A stretch of DNA of 64,000 bases. It comes from Actinomycetota bacterium (GTDB taxonomy: Bacteria > Actinomycetota > Acidimicrobiia > Spongiisociales > UBA11373). Shown piece after piece: positions 61,402-64,000 of this stretch. Where the stretch lies: assembly GCA_020444505.1 (NCBI GenBank), contig JAHLKU010000002.1:50921-114920 (forward strand), read 5' to 3'. Made by a program: the position numbers and the translations under genes. Under the pieces are notes generated by a model. The model was not told the DNA's origin, ran no database searches, and saw only the letters and a program-made list of their open reading frames with translations. Position 1 is the first letter of the stretch, and the number at the start of each line of letters is the position of its first letter.

Positions 61402-62578
61402 TGATGTCCACGTACCGCTGGTTCAGGTCGCAGGTCCAGGTGGTGGCCTCGGCGTGGCCGAGGCCGAGGTCGAGCCGGATCTCCACCTCCGGCTGCGACA
61501 GCAGGTGGGTGGCCTCGGCCTCCGAGAATTCCGAGTGGTAGCCGGGGCCGAGCACCTCGAGGCCGCCGATGGCGAGGGTCATCGCCGCGCCGTCGACGGC
61601 CACGCCCGATCTGCCGGCGGCGGCCAGGATCCGCCCCCAGTTGGCGTCGGAGCCGAAGACGGCGGTCTTGACCAGCGGCGACGTCGAGATGGTGCGCGAC
61701 ACCGCCAGGGCGTCGGCCTCGGTGGCCGCCCCGGTGACGCGCACGGTGATGAGGCGGGTGGCGCCCTCCCCGTCCCGGGCGATCTCCTTGGCCAGGTGGA
61801 CGAGGACGTGGGTGAGTGCCTGCTCGAAGCCGGGGTCGCCCTCGGGGACGGTGACGCCGGATGCCCCGTTGGCCAGGATCACGATCATGTCGTTGGTGGA
61901 CGTGTCGCCGTCCACGCTGACCCGGTTGTACGAGCGGTCGGTGGCCGCCCGCAGCGCCCGCAGCAGCGTCTCCGGCGCGGCGGCGGCGTCGGTGGTGACG
62001 AACCCGAGGGTGGTGGCCATGTCGGGGTGGATCATCCCCGAGCCCTTGGTCATCCCCCCGATGGTGTACCCCCCGCAGGGGCCCTCCACCTGCTCGACGG
62101 TCTCCTTGATGTGCGTGTCGGTGGTGAGGATCGCCCGTGCCGCCGACGGGCCGCCGTCGATCGACAGCAGGTCGACCGCCAGGGGCAGGCCCTCGGCGAT
62201 CCTGTCGAGCGGCAACTGCCGGCCGATCACGCCGGTGGAGGCGACCAGCACCTCGTCGGAGGGGATTCCGAGCAGGCGGCCGGCGTGCTCGGCGGTCCAC
62301 CGGGCGGCGTGGTCGCCCTGCTCTCCGGTGCAGGCGTTGGCGTTGCCGGAGTTGACGACCAGGGCGCGGGCGGCTCCGCCGGTGCGGGCGAGCGCCTCGC
62401 GGTTGCGGGTCAGGGGCGCGGCCTTGACGGCGTTGGAGGTGTAGACGGCGGCGGCCGACGCCGGGCGGTCCGACACGACGAGGGCGAGATCGGGCTTGTG
62501 GTTGCGGATGCCGCAGTGGATGCCGGAGGCCCGGAAGCCCTCGGGTGCGGTCACACCGACGGAGCTGCGCCTGGTCAC
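61382..62578 (-). CDS. argJ: bifunctional glutamate N-acetyltransferase / amino-acid acetyltransferase
   Basis: GTG start (VTRRSSVGVTAPEGF) after a GGGAGG RBS. ArgJ motif ATTLGFV (autoproteolytic Thr). The upstream 300 codons of the track ORF are an artefact. Confidence 0.9.
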   Translation of the reverse strand: MTRRSSVGVTAPEGFRASGIHCGIRNHKPDLALVVSDRPASAAAVYTSNAVKAAPLTRNREALARTGGAARALVVNSGNANACTGEQGDHAARWTAEHAGRLLGIPSDEVLVASTGVIGRQLPLDRIAEGLPLAVDLLSIDGGPSAARAILTTDTHIKETVEQVEGPCGGYTIGGMTKGSGMIHPDMATTLGFVTTDAAAAPETLLRALRAATDRSYNRVSVDGDTSTNDMIVILANGASGVTVPEGDPGFEQALTHVLVHLAKEIARDGEGATRLITVRVTGAATEADALAVSRTISTSPLVKTAVFGSDANWGRILAAAGRSGVAVDGAAMTLAIGGLEVLGPGYHSEFSEAEATHLLSQPEVEIRLDLGLGHAEATTWTCDLNQRYVDINAGYRT

Positions 62579-63612
62579 GGGGCCTCCCGTCGCGGCAGGA
62601 GCCCCGCCTCGTCGGGGAGGCCGAAGCGCCGGTTCATCACCTGGACGGCCTGGCCGGCGGCGCCCTTCACCAGGTTGTCGATGGCCGCCACCACCACGAT
62701 GGCGCCGGTGCCGCGGTCCACCGAGGGTGCGACCTCGCAGAAGTTGGTGCCGGCCACGGCCCGCACCGAGGGGAGCCGGTCGGACGGGTCGAGCACCCGG
62801 ACGAACGGCGCACCGGCGTAGAACGACCGGTAGGTGTCCAGCAGCGCCCCGGGGTCGACGGGACGATGCGCCTCGACGATCACCGTGGCGTGGATGCCGC
62901 GCTCGATGGGGACGAGGTGGGGCACGAAGGTGACGCCGACGGGGCGCCCCGCCGCGCGGCTCAGGCCCATGGCCATCTCGGGGGCGTGCTGGTGCCGTCC
63001 CACCCGGTAGGCGCGGGTGTCGCCGAACATCTCGGAGAACGAGAGCGCCGGGTCGCTGCTGCGGCCGGCGCCGGAGGTGCCCGACACCGCAGTGGCCGCC
63101 ACGGTGGAGGCCGCCCCGTCCACGGTCAGCGCCGGTGCGGCGGCCAACTGGACGGCGGTGGGATAGCAGCCGGGGTTGGCGATCAGGTCGGCGCCGGCCA
63201 GGCCGCCGCCGAACAGCTCGGGCAGCCCGTACGCGGCGCGGCCGACGAGTCCCGGGGCGGGGTGGGGCCTGCCGTACCAGGCCTCGTACGTCCCGACGTC
63301 GGGGAGGCGCAGGTCGCCGGACAGGTCGATGACCGCGCCCACGGTCCCCACCAGGGCGGCGGCGGCCGCCGCCGAGGCGCCGTGGGGGAGGGCCAGGAAG
63401 ACGGCGTCCAGGCCGGACAGCGCCGCCGGGTCGTACGCCTCGATGATCCCCCGGTGCAGGTGGCTGCGCGCCGGGTGGAGGTCCTCCCACCGCCTGCCGG
63501 CGGTGGAGGAGCCGGCCAGGGCCTCGAGGCGCACCCCGGGATGGACGGCGAGGAGCCCGACCAGTTCGGCGCCGGTGGTGCCGGCGGCCCCGACGACGGC
63601 GGTGCGGATCAC
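62575..63612 (-). CDS. argC: N-acetyl-gamma-glutamyl-phosphate reductase
   Basis: GTG start (VIRTAVVGAAGTTG) after a GAGAGGG RBS. The catalytic Cys is in GCYPT. Confidence 0.9.
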   Translation of the reverse strand: MIRTAVVGAAGTTGAELVGLLAVHPGVRLEALAGSSTAGRRWEDLHPARSHLHRGIIEAYDPAALSGLDAVFLALPHGASAAAAAALVGTVGAVIDLSGDLRLPDVGTYEAWYGRPHPAPGLVGRAAYGLPELFGGGLAGADLIANPGCYPTAVQLAAAPALTVDGAASTVAATAVSGTSGAGRSSDPALSFSEMFGDTRAYRVGRHQHAPEMAMGLSRAAGRPVGVTFVPHLVPIERGIHATVIVEAHRPVDPGALLDTYRSFYAGAPFVRVLDPSDRLPSVRAVAGTNFCEVAPSVDRGTGAIVVVAAIDNLVKGAAGQAVQVMNRRFGLPDEAGLLPRREAP

Positions 63613-63679
63613 GGTGCCCTCTCGATGTGAAGGGAGGAACTTAGGCGCGCAGGGCGCACGCGCCAAAGCGGCCCGGCGC

Positions 63680-63982
63680 TCAGCCGTCGTCGCGGGTCGC
63701 GTCGGCGCGCGCCATGCGGCGCATCACCCACCACGACAGCGGGAGCCCGGCGACGGCGCCGAGGATCAGGAAGCCGCCGCGGAGGCGGGAGCGGGGCGCC
63801 ATGTCGATGAACGGGCCGTCGCCGAAGCCCTCGAACCCGAAGAACGCTCCGGCCAGCGCTTCACCGGCGGCGAACAGGAGGAACCCGGCGATGGCGCCCA
63901 CGACGAGCCCCGCCAGTGACCCGGCGAGCAGCGCCATGGCCTGGCCCCCGAGCCGTCCCAGCGTGGTGCGCACCCGTCCCAT
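63680..63982 (-). CDS. small hypothetical membrane protein (100 aa, 2 TM)
   Basis: ORF with TM segments; weak. Confidence 0.35.
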   Translation of the reverse strand: MGRVRTTLGRLGGQAMALLAGSLAGLVVGAIAGFLLFAAGEALAGAFFGFEGFGDGPFIDMAPRSRLRGGFLILGAVAGLPLSWWVMRRMARADATRDDG

Positions 63983-64000
63983 GAGGGCACTGTAGATGGC

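Overview
This is a 64 kb stretch of high-GC (about 70-72%) actinobacterial-type chromosome. Coding is dense on both strands, and many start/stop overlaps (ATGA, GTGA) indicate operons. I found no rRNA, tRNA, CRISPR array, transposase or integrase. Many of the long ORFs in the supplied track, such as 3614..7357, 38186..41602 and 59363..62821, are Arg/Gly/Pro-rich antisense or alternate-frame artefacts of the high GC content and were discarded.

Recognisable content, in order:
- A fatty-acid activation and hydratase cluster: an acyl-CoA synthetase, two MaoC hotdog genes and a crotonase.
- The most unusual locus in the window, at 3.2-10.7 kb. A multidomain RelA/SpoT synthetase-TPR-SLOG-RyR protein is encoded divergently from a 2TM cation-channel/RCK/RyR protein that is followed by a ClpA/C-like AAA+ ATPase. 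The synthetase gene is followed by two small acidic proteins and ybaK.
- TetR/SRPBCC genes, a DUF4386 membrane protein, an AI-2E transporter with an LMW-PTP, and an ECF sigma factor with an Ogt-Ada_Zn fusion.
- A DesK-like histidine kinase (HK) with a NarL response regulator (RR).
- A lower-GC island of about 9.3 kb (18.27-27.55 kb). Seven same-orientation copies of a repeat of about 30 bp split it into single-gene segments: DUF2254, FGE-sulfatase, serine hydrolase, class II Fic, isochorismatase and an F420-dependent LLM oxidoreductase.
- iorAB plus an ADP-forming acyl-CoA synthetase, Lrp, a CPBP protease, an RTX-repeat L,D-transpeptidase, ppdK, secreted beta-helix and Thr/Pro-repeat proteins, and an MFS transporter.
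- A candidate selenoprotein redoxin (in-frame TGA at the CxxC position, with a SECIS-like hairpin) next to a cytochrome c gene.
- An OmpR-type response regulator, Hsp20, an ABC exporter pair, lipid-modifying membrane proteins (UPF0104, a PAP2-kinase fusion and PAP2), and the argCJBD operon.
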